DNA of 54,776 nt, filler included, from Catajapyx aquilonaris (Eukaryota), in NCBI GenBank assembly GCA_000934665.2. It is 2 parts of 2 records of this genome, joined end to end, with 100 filler letters (N's around TTAATTAATTAA, not from the genome) between each part and the next. Parts side by side here need not be neighbours in the genome. Positions count along the whole stretch, not along the records: positions 27,438 to 54,776 come from KZ539279.1; 1 more part is not named here. One strand, 5' to 3'. A program made the position numbers and the translations under genes. The notes beneath the pieces are model-generated. The model ran no database searches and had not been told where the DNA came from. It saw nothing but the letters and a program-made list of their open reading frames with translations. Position 1 is the first letter of the stretch. Each line of letters opens with the position of its first letter. This document shows, piece by piece, positions 28,463 to 41,483 of this stretch.

Positions 28463-28745
28463 GGAGGCATGGTGGTCTAGTTTCTATAGTGGTTACGCCA
28501 CTGAGCAGCCAAGCGGGAGGCCGGGGTTCAAATCTTGTCCCCGTCACCTCTGCTTGTCCGGGTCTTTTTCCGCTTTTCACCCGACATGCCGGGGCAGAAT
28601 TGCACTCCCTACTCTGTCCAGGGCCAAGAGAAAAGACCTGGTGTTTAAAGAATGTCAGAAATGACTACCGCACAGCACCCTCCCTTGGGAACCTCCCCTT
28701 CCCCCCTAAGAGGGCCTCGGGCCCTATCACGGGGTATTTTTAAAA
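28463..28745 (+). mobile_element. tRNA-derived SINE, family 2
   Basis: Interrupted A box tggtctag..tgg, B box ggttcaaatc, 3' tail cccctaagag..gggccctatcacggggtat, 14-bp TSD aaatat(a/c)attattt (28449-28462 / 28746-28759). Confidence 0.8.
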
Positions 28746-29620
28746 AAATATCATTATTTTAATGACCTTATATAGACATTCAATTAGGAAACGTGTACAG
28801 TATATTGCGTAGCATTATTGCTCAAAAATGTGCTAAAAACTGACCGTACGTCATGGTTTCATGTACAGCGAGGACCCTTATGAAAGTACACACAACTTTT
28901 ATTATGCTATAATAATCGTATTGTTAATGTAGCATTGTACAAACTTTTATTACAAACGTCCCTGTGCAACCGTTTCTCCTAAGTCACTCCTCATTATACG
29001 CTGATTAAAGAAACTATTCTCCTTTCATGACTTATACATCTAGCGAAACAAGCACCAATTCAAATAAGACTATGAAGGCACAATATCTGAGGATGCAAAA
29101 GACATTGGGCCACACTTTGACAATACCTCACACAGGCATAATAACATCTCAGTCGCAGCCTTTGTTTATGACACCATTTCGCCGGAGGAGGGAATCGAGC
29201 GTGGCGGATATACTGCGCAACTTGATATCCTGCACTGTTTTACATCTCACAAAAGGACATAAAACTCCTGTCTGTGGTCGAGCCAATCAGTGTGATTGGC
29301 GTAGATCCTTTCCTCTTCAAGTCCAGGAGATATAGGCTATATTTACGACTCAAGACATCACCTATACGTCTTCGCTCTAAATTGCTCTCGTTTGTTCCAG
29401 AGTTTGCATGTTTCTAAGACGCACTCAAATGACAATGCAGTACTAGAGAAGTACCGTAGGTTTCGTTTCGTGTATAGACTCTAATAATACGGCGAACAAT
29501 AGATGAAATGCTCGAAAGAGTACTCAGAATGTAAGCTACAGAAATAGCCTAATTGTGTAAAGTTTAAGTTAAACAGTGTGTAATGGCATAACTAATGGGC
29601 TATTTCTTTGTTCTTTGCAG

Positions 29621-29644
29621 GGGAAGTCACAATTTTGGATGAAG
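29621..29644 (+). CDS. Candidate 24-nt microexon (phase 1: xEVTILDE)
   Basis: Branch-like actaat, acceptor tttctttgttctttgcag|, donor AAG|gtaagt. Confidence 0.6.
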
Positions 29645-32600
29645 GTAAGTCGCTCTTGATTCTGTCTGATGATTCTGTATAAGGAATGTGAATTGAAATA
29701 CTGTAATTATTTTTTGGTGTCTGTAACGTGTATGAGAAGATATTAGCTTCGTCTGTTGTCAAAGGACAAAAGGCTGGCAGCTATGGAAAGGCACCATACT
29801 GTAATTTGCAGCATAGGTTACGTCAGTGCATATTCCAACGCTGCAGCAAACTCTCACAGTGTTCCATTATTTCAAATGCTCAACCTATAGTGATGGTTGT
29901 GGTAGAACAAAATGGTAAATTCTGTTAACAAAGTGAAAGGAGGTCAGAAAGGATCCTCCCGAGTAAGGGAGAGAATCAGAGGGACAACTTTGTTTTTGTC
30001 TATATGACACAATGACACTGCGATTGTTGATGGGCGAATGTGGAGTTAACTATGTAACTAAGCGGCCACTGAGACTGACTAGTTCTGATAAATTATTATT
30101 AGCACTGTATAAAGCATGACTTCTCTCAGATACAATCTTCAAAATTAGACACAACTTGTCTCTGCATCGCTTTGAAATGTGAAATTCTGACCCTGTTCAT
30201 ATCATATTTCCCTAGTAACACACAAACCTGACCTAAATAGCTTCACACCCCCGGTCCAGAATAGGAAACCTCTCTTCTACAAGTTCGTCTACGGATAGTG
30301 AATCTCCACTACGTAACTACCTGACTTCATCTGCACGGTATATCAGCCCTAATTATCTCTCCGTAATTTATGCTTGGTTTTTTCTGCTAGCGTGAACATA
30401 TCGCAAGATGCAAAGCAGGGCCGTAAAACGAAGGCAGGAAAGAGCACTTGAACATGGAAGGGTCCCGTATCGTGTGTGGCAGGCAGTTAGGACCGGATGA
30501 GATAGAGGCGTCTCTCTGCCAATGGTTTCCAAGTGTGCTGGTATTTTCTCCACTCCTCGTTTCCGACTTGTGTTTTCCCCATTGGTAGGATCAAACGCGA
30601 CATCCCATCATCTCCTAAACTTCTTCTGAGACACGAAGTGAAAATTGATTTCTCTCTTTTACCCTTTGAAATGAGTCTTTGTCAAACAATCGTATGGAAG
30701 ACGAAACGTTTCTCGCTCTTATCTCTCCCATCAATATTGAACTTTTTCTGCTAGACCAGCACAAAAAAGCAGTCGAAAAGAGTAGCCCTTTCACAAAGTG
30801 TAAGCCTTGCACTTTAGCCTTTAACAAGTTCTTCATTTCTCTCTCTCACGACCTTTTCGGTCCCAATTTCTCTCAGTCGATATCAACTGGTTAATGAATT
30901 CTCTTTTTCGAAAAAGAAAAATATTTTTTTTTCTTGTTTTTTTGTTCCTCTGTTGGAGGATGCTGAGACACTATTAGCAATAATTAAAACCTACCATTTC
31001 ATATGTGCTCATTTGCGCGTAACAGTAGTAGTTAATGGCTATCATTATTGTGCCTTGGTACCCGACACGTGTCCTCATTAAAAATGTCACAGTAGGGTGT
31101 CGAGTTACGATTCTCAATGTAAATGAGATGCTGATCATTAAAAAGGAAAGAAGCAGAATTCTTCCTGGGAGTCGTTCCAATCTGCCCGGGAAGAATTTGG
31201 CGGGAAAATGGGATGAAAAATGGCGGTTCGGAGGGGGTGGGGGGTGGGGGGTAATGGAAATTGCAAGAGCTGGTTGGGCGTGGGAATTGCGATTCACGGC
31301 GGAAACCAAGAGCACCCATGCGGTTTTCCAACCAATGCCATTCCGCTTCTACTTTCCGCTCGGCTTTCTCCAACAACCTCCAATCCTATTCTAGAATGCA
31401 GAAAGGATGAGAATGTCAACGGACTGTCCTGATTTCTACCTCGCGCCACACACTATCTCGCCTCCCTATTCTACTCGATATTGTGCGCTACACAGGAAGG
31501 GGAACTAATAAAATAAACTATTTGTTCCAACACCATGCCTGTTCCACGGCAAGGCAATAGCAAACACGGATTTGCCACACATGGTTGTAGATGCGTGTTA
31601 TTTTGTTATGTACAGTACATATGCTACAGAATCGAGAATTATTCTTACTATATGCTGTGTGTTTACTTTTTATGAAGTTATTTTAGAGCCTTGTGCGTCT
31701 TTTAAGTCGGTATACCATAATAACTTTGAGTAATTTATATATGCCCTCCTAATAATAGCTGAAGTAAAAATTCTCGGCGTTCCAACATTCTTTTAGGGAA
31801 TCACCCCACTAATTAAGGATGAAGTCTTTTTTTTATAGCAGCCAGCTCATTATTTTTTTATAACGACCCATTAAAACCTCTAATGTACTTTCATGTGAGA
31901 CAAAGGGCATATAGCAGATTAGCATGATATGGCACAAAACAATGTTATTATAACAAACTCGTTTAATATATAATAAGAAACTAACTTATAATTTCGTGGG
32001 TTTTTCGACTTTGATCGCTAAAATTGAATCGATTTCAAAAATATGAGACACAAACCTGATTCTTAGAAATGGTTGCAACTTAATGAAATATTACAGGCAT
32101 ATCTCATAATACTATTTTGAAAAAAAATTAACACCTATTCGCCCCACTCTGTCCTACCCGTAAACCATTCCTACTAGCTCAAAAAAAAGCAGTTTTGGAC
32201 TGGTGCTACAAATGGGCTGTAACCTAGTTATATTCAGCTTCGTTTTGGAGAGCACTTGTCACCCGAGATGAGTGTAGTTGAGGGATCGCGATACCACTTC
32301 CGAGCGGAAAGAAACGAATAGCCCAACCGCTGTTAATTTGCGAAAATTGCGGGTCTGTATAAAATTAGCGAGGGAAGGGAGAGGCGTAATTGGCAGAGCG
32401 CAGTTTTTCTCCCCGTCTCTGGTAAAATCCCCCTGAAAAGGTAGATGGACGGGAATGAGGAGTGAAGTGACGTGGGCAGGAGGAAAGGAATGACAACGAC
32501 CTTGATGAAGATGAGAATAATTGCTCCCGTAACTGCATCAGAAATGAGGGCAATTACCAGGAAAGCGAAGGTAATCTCGTTCGGTAATTTCATTGAAAAC

Positions 32601-33042
32601 AAGGTGAAGTGCTGGTAATAGCAGCGAAAGTAGGCTGGGAATGCTGTGTCAAATCTTGGTCTTGGGAAGGGGGTACTTAAACGACCTTCCCCCTTTTCCT
32701 CCGGAGACGAAAGTGTCACCCGGAAAATATACGTCCCTTGGATTGAGAGAAAGAGGGTACGGCAATGCTTGGTGGAGCTAGGCCGCTTTTAATGGGGACG
32801 CACGATGGCACATCTCTGGTAGGAAATGGCTTTCCATTTAACTGTCTTAAAAGGCCGCTACATATCAGCGTACGAGCTCAAATGTGAGCGGGCGAGCGTT
32901 TCATTTTCGCAAGAGGTTATATCACTGATTCACTCATGAACATTTCAAAAGAAGCTGGCATTTTGGTGGTGTGCCAGTGGACCACTGTTACACCCAGAAC
33001 ACCGGACACCCCAACTATATTTCAAAAAAATATGGCTACACA

Positions 33043-33225
33043 CCCCTGTGGCTCAGTGGCAGAGCAACACTCGTTCAGGGTGCTGACCCAGGTTCGATTC
33101 CTGGCGGGGGAGAGCCTATGTTGGGGTGAATGGCTTATTCAATTTCCCTGCCACGTGTACCCATATCCTCCACTACCCTTCCCTATAGTGCCATCAGCAA
33201 ATCTGGCAAATCAGGAATAAAGAAT
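33043..33225 (+). mobile_element. tRNA-like SINE head plus body, family 3
   Basis: A box tggctcagtggcagagc, T-arm ccaggttcgattcctgg, acceptor-like cccctg/cggggg; anticodon arm irregular. 3' boundary approximate. Confidence 0.6.
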
Positions 33226-36200
33226 CCGATACAAACTGTTACGTCCGGAGGGAGGCTTCCATCGATTGAAACTGAAAGCGGAAACCATTACTGGACTGTT
33301 CAATCAAAATGGTATATGATTCCTGAGGGATAATAACGAGAGTGCGTGTACTAGGCCTGAACTAGGAACAGGAAAAAAAAAGGAAAAGGAAAAAAAAATT
33401 GCTTTTGTGCTTCCCTTCAACTTGCCCCATTCCCCCCAAAAATTCCTCTGAGCTGGAATCTGCTGCTTTTGCTCACGGCACCGTCGTGGGATTAACGCAA
33501 ATGGAACGGAGACATTTTCTCCCAGTTAATCCCCTGAAATTTGATAGTATGGGAATTACAATCCTCCCCTGCTTCCTATCCCCTCTTTCCTCCCCTCAAA
33601 AACCGCTTCCACCAGCTGACGAAAATAATCCTTCTCTTCCTGGATGGGAAATAAAGAAATGGATCGTGTATAATGGATGGGCTAGTTTATCCGATCCTCC
33701 ATTTTGGTGGTCAGCTGCGAAGATTAGGCTGGCCAAAATGGCGGCTGTGGAGGGAACTATAGAGCATACAAAAAATATTTACATATCATGATTTTTGTTA
33801 GGGAGATTAAATTTTTAAGTGGACTTTGCGATGATGGTTTCGGTGATTTACTAGGGGGAGGTGGGGAAATTGAGAAGCAAAAATGGCTGAGGGTTTGAGA
33901 AGCAAAAATCTTTGCAGATTCTAACACGACGTTCTGCACGTTTTCGCTTCGTTTCCTGCATACCATTCTCGGGTTTTCTCCCAAGTGGAGGAGAAGAGCA
34001 TATATACTGGAGGCTTTTGAGTGCGGCACCGCGATTTCAACCCAGCCTCTGCCACCTCTCTCCTTTTGTGCTTCAACTTGACAGAAATATATAGAACTGA
34101 ATCCGCGTTCGTAATTTGTCCTTTTGACTGCATAATAACCAGCGGAGGAAGAGAAAAGCAGGGCTAATTTGTAAGCACAGGGTATCAGCTGCCAAACAGG
34201 AACGTCGGTTTATGACTTGGGGTGCGACGATTTGGGGACGATTTGTGACGCTTAAATGACCCAACTGGGCTGGGAGGGATGGAAAGCATTACATGAAAAG
34301 GGAGACACACTTTCGACACAGAAATAGATGTCATATTGCACAAAAACACTTTGTTGACCCAAAACGTTTTGTGTGTATACGAGAATATGTTCCGCCTGGT
34401 GATGTATTAATAAATATCTGAGAGAAGCAGGGTTGTAAGACAGAAGCTTGTTGGAAAATCCACCCCTGATGTTAAAAGGAATGCCAATGTTGAAGGCACT
34501 TTTATATTACTGCAGAAGCATATGGAAGGCTCAAGATGAGGGAGGAAAATATTTTCTAAACTATTTCAGGCATAAAAAGCAATCAATCAAACTTGAAAGT
34601 TTTTAGATGCCGTACATCGAACTCGTTAAACCTGCAGAAGGAAACATGAAGGCCTTATTAGCTAATTTTCTAATTTGTGAACGGTAGACTTGGATATTAA
34701 AATCTGTTACTTGTAACAGTCATTTTTAGCGGCCGCATAAAGAAAGCCCATGAAAATAATCATTGACTACCATTAAATAAACTGTACATAATTATTACAG
34801 TTGCAATTCTAAACTCTGTTCACTAACTCGTAACAACAGACCACGCATTGCTATTTCATTCTGGCAAAATGTGTGTTACCCATTCTTCGTGTAATAATTA
34901 CGCTTGCATATTGTGCTATTGTCGCAATTTTAGAATATCAATATGTAGTTTGTACATTATGGTCAGAGCTAAAATAGTGCGAACTGTGCGGAATACTCAT
35001 AAATATTGTCAGTTGTGCCTGTGGCTGCAGAATATATTGAATTCAGCACCCACATTCGAATTAACTGGGGTAATTCATAACGTTCTTTCGTCAACACAAT
35101 TTTAAATGTTTTAACTTTGAAATTTAATTACGTGCACAGCTGGTGTGACATTTTGTAATTTATTTTTATCAATGAGCGTTTTGCGTCTGAATTTTGGTCA
35201 AGCAATAGAGGGGTGGAAGCTGCAATCAATTACATTTGACCCATGGATTTTCATTGTAACTGTGTTTATTTATGTATAAACACAGTGTTTTAAAAACTCA
35301 ATTCCAATAATATTTGTATAAAGTTTTCAGCCTTATCGCTTTTGAACCTATCTCACTCCTTAGTTAAAAGCTTGTGACATCAGTCCCGTCCTAAGAAGGA
35401 ATGCTTAACAGTGAACCGAATGCTTGACCGGATGACACTTATACGTCATTAGACCGCGTCTCCACTCATATTAGTGTAAAAGCACCTTTAGTCTAGTATC
35501 ATTTACATATTCGCTAAAGATACAATGTTTCCCCAGTGCAGTAAATGGTAAAATACTTTTATTTGTTACTTTTATTTTATTTCGCAATATGACAGTGCAT
35601 TCAAACACAGGGAGTGCTGGAAATAAATTATGGTTGGAAAATACTGTAACAACTTTCGTTACCATACTAAATGCGACCCTTGAGCAAATATTGACCTATA
35701 TCAAGTCACACCTAAATCGAGAAAATAATGGTCTCGTATTGTTACGTAATCAGAGTACACTAATTTAATGACATTGTGCCTATGCAAAATGAAGTACTAA
35801 GGAGGAGGCAAAGCTAACCACTGATTGGCTGTTGGTTTTCCGTCATGGCCGTTCGAGTGACTGTACACATATTGGGGTTGTAAAGTGGGAGAATAGGTTG
35901 AATTGAACACCGGCTGAAAATGCCGCATTCAACACTGCATTTTATGTTGGATACATGACGTGAAGCTAATAATACTAAATCTGTAATGTTCCATTCTGCA
36001 GTATTATAACTGTATGTGAGGAATGAAAACTTTTTGGCTAAAACACAAGGCCTACATGTCAATGACACTTCTACAAAGTGATTTTCTGGTTCTGAGGAGG
36101 TGTCAGTATTTTTAATACAGTAGAACACCCTGTGTAATGTTTTTCACGCAACAAATTTCCAAACGTTGTTTATTAAACAATAATCGAATTTTGATTTTAA

Positions 36201-37495
36201 TGCTAGTAGGGGACAAACAGTGGTTAATGACTGTGGTGGCTTTTGGAAATCACGTTGAGCATTTTGCTGCTAAGCTCCCAATACGCGTGTAGGCAGAACA
36301 GCATCAGTGAGAATGCAATATTAAACAAATAATCGATTGGGCCAAAATGAGCACACCGGAATTAATCCGAATTGCGGAAGCCAACAAATCTACAGCAAGT
36401 TGATAGAAGATATAATGACAGGACATGTACAAAATATTTTTTGCGTGATTTCATATAATTTTCGCAAAATTATTCATATAGAATAAAGTCACGTTTCATT
36501 TGGCTACATAATAAGGTGTAAGTGTCATAATTATACAATAAAAAATATAAAAACCTAAACGCAGCGGGGCAAACTGGCCCTGCTGGAAATATGGCTCTGC
36601 CAGAGATCCCGGTGCAACATGGCTGCCCACAGTTGTGAAGTCTCCTGGAGGTGAAGCCAGCTGAAGATCCACCCATGGAGCTCATAGCTGCACCTATATA
36701 AAGAGCGTCATGCTGGCGTGAGATAGGTCATTACTGCCCGTGACACAGGCCAAGGATTCGGTGGGGAGGTTAGTTCGTGGCCTACAGGAGTTTCATGCCA
36801 GAGAGACATCATAAATTGTTATTATTATATGGAAGCGTTGAGAAAATGACATTTTTTATCTTTATATGTAAATAGGCATTTAAATGGTTTGCCAATTAAT
36901 GTTTAATTTGACTTTAAAAAAATGAAAAGGCCACTTCAAAATAAAATAGTCTTTACTAAAAATCCATAAAGTCATAAAGGCTAATGTACGTATAATTTTC
37001 TCCCGGAAAATAGCGATGTGTTACTAAATGGTCTTCTCTGCCTGCAACACGAAAAAATGTCCCTCCTCTCCCGCAAAATTATATCTGCGAAAACGCAATT
37101 TCTTTTTCTGGACTATATCGTTAAGTGTTTGTCAGGTCCTAATGGAAGTGGGCCCACAGTAAAGGCACAGACGTCTACGAATAGGAGAAATGTACGAGTA
37201 TACTAATCTCTGTGTATACCAAGACACAGAATAGAAGTTAGAAAAATATGATGGCTTGCATTATAAGCAAATAGCTAGTTTGAAAAACCCGAGGCATAAA
37301 ATGTAAGATATTGTTATTAAGAAGTAGGCATATGTAGTCATGAAATGTTAGGGAACAGCATGTACTGCACATTGTATTTGTATTACAGAGATTAATTTAT
37401 TGAACTCTTCATTTTTTCCTAATTTTGGCATAATATGAAGACGTTTGGCAGGTGCCAATATTATCCGACACGGTTTCTATAGAAACTATACGGTA

Positions 37496-37928
37496 AGGGT
37501 TCAGAAATTTAAAAACCGTCACTTTCGGAAATGATAGAGGGGTTCTAGGCAATCCCTTTGAGCATATGCAACATGGGTCTCCAACTCATAGTTACCGAGA
37601 TAATTAGCATTAAATAAAAAGTTCATTATCCCAGCTTATAGGTTTCGGATACAGTTTACGATACTTCCATCGCCTAGGCCATTCCCTGCTACACCTAACA
37701 GGATCGTAAATTAAAATGAAATTAGATGGTAACACCTTAAATTTAAATGAAAAAGGTAAGGTCGCGTGGAGGGACTCACACGTGCCAGGATATTTTATGC
37801 CTTGTGTTTGAAGCACATTATCTCGGTAGCTATGGGTCGGAGACCCATGTTGCATATACTCAAAGTGATCGTCTGGAACCCATCTACCATTTCCCAAAGT
37901 GACTGTAGGTTAAATTTTCGAACCCTGG
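37496..37928. mobile_element. MITE with ~120-bp diverged inverted arms
   Basis: agggttc..tttgagcatatgcaacatgggtctcc..accgagataat versus attatctcggt..ggagacccatgttgcatatactcaaa..gaaccct. Confidence 0.8.
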
Positions 37929-40900
37929 TATATTTATAAGCATATTGTTTTAAAACATTTTTATATTAAGTCGTACCCGTACTTGGCATGTATTCCACCG
38001 CTTTATTCCTTCTAGGCCCTACTTTATTTTTAGTACAGGTAACGTCTGCGCGTCTTCACCTCAGAAAAGGTTGCACTGCCTCCAGGAAGCATGAAGCTGA
38101 AAAAGAGCCCAATAAATTTGTTATTTATAGTTGTAAACAATATTTTCAACAAAGAATAACAGACTGTTTTGACTCGTTCCAGCCTGAAATGTTTCCGAAG
38201 GCAGTATACAACCTAACCTAAATCACATAGGTTCACATATGCTGTTCCTCCCAATTATTGTGTAGGCCTATGCTTGCCTGCACATTTTGGTGAAAATTAT
38301 TCTCCTGAAAACAACACGTTATTAGGCTTATCCTTGATGTACCCATGATCCATAAATCAAGCATGTAAATGTGTAGTATTTTCACACTTCACCTTTGTTG
38401 AATTTAACAAAATATGGAAATACTGTATGCTTAAAAACTAGGCATGGGTCTACCCTTGTTATTAGTTGTTAGTTCATTGTTCCTAATAATTATTAATAAC
38501 AAGGGTAGATTTGAGTCTGTACCTGGATTTTGCCCTAATGCAACAGACCGACCCTTAGTAGCAGTACACTCTCCGCTTGTGAGAATAATTAATTAATGGC
38601 AACAAAAAATTAAAATAGCTGAGCCACAGTGCAGCGACGATAAAATATAAACTTCTGGCTTTTTGAACATGGTACGAAGGGCATGTTATGACATTACACG
38701 AAAAGATGTCAAGGCTATGTAAGCCACATAACGCAGGCATGTGGCATGCAGTGTGCTGTAGGAATGCCAGTTGCGTTATTATGTAGGCTACAATATTCGT
38801 AACAGCGTAAAAAGTTAATTTTGTTGAGGATATATGTTTCAACAAGAAGACTTAATATTTTACGTTGTTGTTCAGGAAAAGAAACCTGAAATAAATATTT
38901 GTGATGAAAAAAGGAACATTTCATGCACTCATTTCAGTGCATATAATTATATGGCAGTCTAAAAGTAGGATTCTATCGTTCAAATCTGGTTTATTTATTG
39001 TTTATTTATTATTTATTATGATTTTTACTGCTTCGGCTTGGAAGAAACTACCTATTTTTTCACTGGTTATATTGACTTCAGTGATATAGTCTTGTCCCTG
39101 ATGTAGTCAGAGGAGGAAAAATGCGAGCGGTGCATTTGCATTAAGAACATATGACTCCAACTTGCAAACTGTCAACAGTAGACCCTTATTAGTCGCGTAG
39201 CCCAGCAGCGCACGGACCACTGAATCAAATAGTGCATATATGTAGTCCTGTGGTCCCTGGGAGGTTTAGGTTGCTTCCCTGGGGAGACTCTTACTTGCCC
39301 ATCATCGGGGCTGCAGCCAGCGCAGTATAATTCTCGCCAATTTCGCCGGATAAGCCTGTAAGACTTAATTATTAATGCCCGGTATTGATTCGGAATTTTC
39401 GGAACATATTTAAAGGGAAACTGATGCTTTGCTACGTTTATTTGCTACAATGGGTCCTCCGAGCCCTCCGGATGTAATGCATCAACTAGGGATTGTTTTG
39501 CCAATAATGTTCCCGGAGCATTTGTCTGTTATGTCGGTCTTATATACAGCATGGAGTTAGCTACAGTACGGGTCTTACGCTACGCTTGTCACCAGACACT
39601 GCCTACGAGCAATAATTAATTAACGAATACTACACTCTATTGTGTTCTCAAAGTTTGTCTACGATGGAGGTAAATATGGTACAGTAACAGCCATTAGTTG
39701 GTCCTATATAAACGTTTGCTGATAGGAAATGTTTTAAGTATGATGTAGACTGTAGACGTGTAGAGGATAAATAATTTTAAAATAAGAATTTCATATTACA
39801 CTGCATAATTATGGTCCTTTGATGCTCGAGTTCAACTTACTGACAATTATTTAATGCCTTGTGGAAATTTATTGATACAGTACACCTTAATGCCTCTACA
39901 TACAGTATGGCCCAAAAGTCAGTTCATCACATTTTGAAGCAAGCCTGCCTTGACATTGACTTCACTGCCAGACAGGTAAACTATCCTATGATAACAAATT
40001 GAAATTATATATTTCGTTTTAATCGGCCCTGCGTTCCTCGGTATTTTGTTGTCGACGCGACGTGGTAACTGTACGAAAGAATAATATACGCAAAATATAT
40101 GCGATGTGCCATGATGGCCTCTGTACCTGTCGGTTAAAAACTCTTTGTTGTGGTGTTTACTCATACCGTATAGAGTATACGCTTGTGCAGTTGTGCTCAT
40201 TCTGGTCATGGGTGTGGTTCGGTAAATCACATAGTCTTTAAATTATTATGGGAACTACCTACCTTAAATGTTGGTGGTGATAAAATATCGGGACCGTAAG
40301 TAGTCTACTCAAAATGCAAGCATACCGTATTATTTCTATACCGGAAAAACCTAATCTATTTCGCAAATATTTTGAAATTCATCTAAACTGATATGTGTGC
40401 TTTTATTAACCTATATTATTTTCTTCTCTAGATTTTGTGCCGATTAATCGAACATAATTTATACGTGTCATAGGCCTATTATAACAGACGGAAGGCAACT
40501 TGCGAAGACTTACTTGAAAGTTCCAAAAAAAAGTTATGTCTTGTATACCAGGGGGGGAGTACACAATGTACCGTATATAAATGCAAACGTCAACAATATT
40601 ATTGTTGACAAATATAGTTTCGGGTGCTGTATACGTCGTACATCCGCCGCGCAGCCTGGACGTATAAAGGCAACACCAGAAAACAAGCAAACAATTATGC
40701 TCTGAGAATAGCATAATTATGTCAACTCTTCCTGATGATTTTGCCGTCGATGACAGAGAGCAGAACATGAGATTTTCCGCAGGCACACCCCGATTCAAGA
40801 GTAGAATAGGTGAAGAAGTTATACGATAGTTTATCCCAGATCCCAGTTTAGAATCATGCATTACAAGTGATTTGTTTCATTTAAACTGCTTTCGAGATTG

Positions 40901-41152
40901 TGACTACCCTGCATCCTCTAGAAGTCTAGATGGAGTTAGTGAGAAGTAGGCAGTTTTTCCGAGAGATGTCGGGATGTGGCGGGTGTCGAGTGGTGGACCT
41001 GGGGAGAGACTTTCGGATTTGTGTCAGTTCTGAGACATCCTCGAACGAGTGGGCAACCTGTGTATTATTGAATCACGACTACGACAATAAGGAGTGACAA
41101 CCTTGGGAGGTCATATCTGACAAGATTACATAACGCATTGTACTGTACAGTA

Positions 41153-41407
41153 AGGGGCGACACGGTGGCCGAGTGGTTAGCGCCGCAGCCTTCCACCTCT
41201 AAGGTCCCGAGTTCGATCCCCGGGTCGGACGGAGGATACTTATGTGGATAGAGTTTCGATGGGTTCTCTCCGTGTTCGCGTGGGTTTTCTCGGGGTTCTC
41301 CCGTTTCCTCCCGCAATCAAAATCCATCACATTACAGGCAAATGATTAAAGTCGGATATTCAAAAGATGATCCCCTAAGAGACCCAAGGGGCCTATCACG
41401 GGGTATC

Positions 41408-41480
<73 letters not shown>
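41153..41480 (+). mobile_element. Full-length tRNA-SINE with V-domain-like core and (TAT)n tail
   Basis: A box TGGCCGAGTGG (41166), B box GAGTTCGATCC (41209), core gttctctccgtgttcgcgtgggttttctcggggttctcccgtttcctccc, about 24 TAT units, perfect 16-bp TSD attgtactgtacagta (41137-41152 / 41481-41496). Confidence 0.95.

Positions 41481-41483
<3 letters not shown>

Noticed and set aside
29027..29335. Penelope GIY-YIG remnant
   Set aside because: Only faint resemblance across frames (ISE..K..GH, RRRRES); cannot be supported without an HMM search.
33043..33110. Functional tRNA gene
   Set aside because: Irregular anticodon arm, no oligo-T terminator, continues into a SINE-like body.
30368..34264. 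Many 60-130 aa ORFs
   Set aside because: Overlap on both strands, low complexity, no splice or domain support; consistent with intronic DNA.
36560..36800. Possible HDV-like ribozyme or LINE 5' UTR
   Set aside because: Could not build the nested double pseudoknot by eye.
40406..40861. 151-aa ORF or LINE endonuclease relic
   Set aside because: Only LLLNRGVP..SS..D is suggestive; catalytic motifs are absent.
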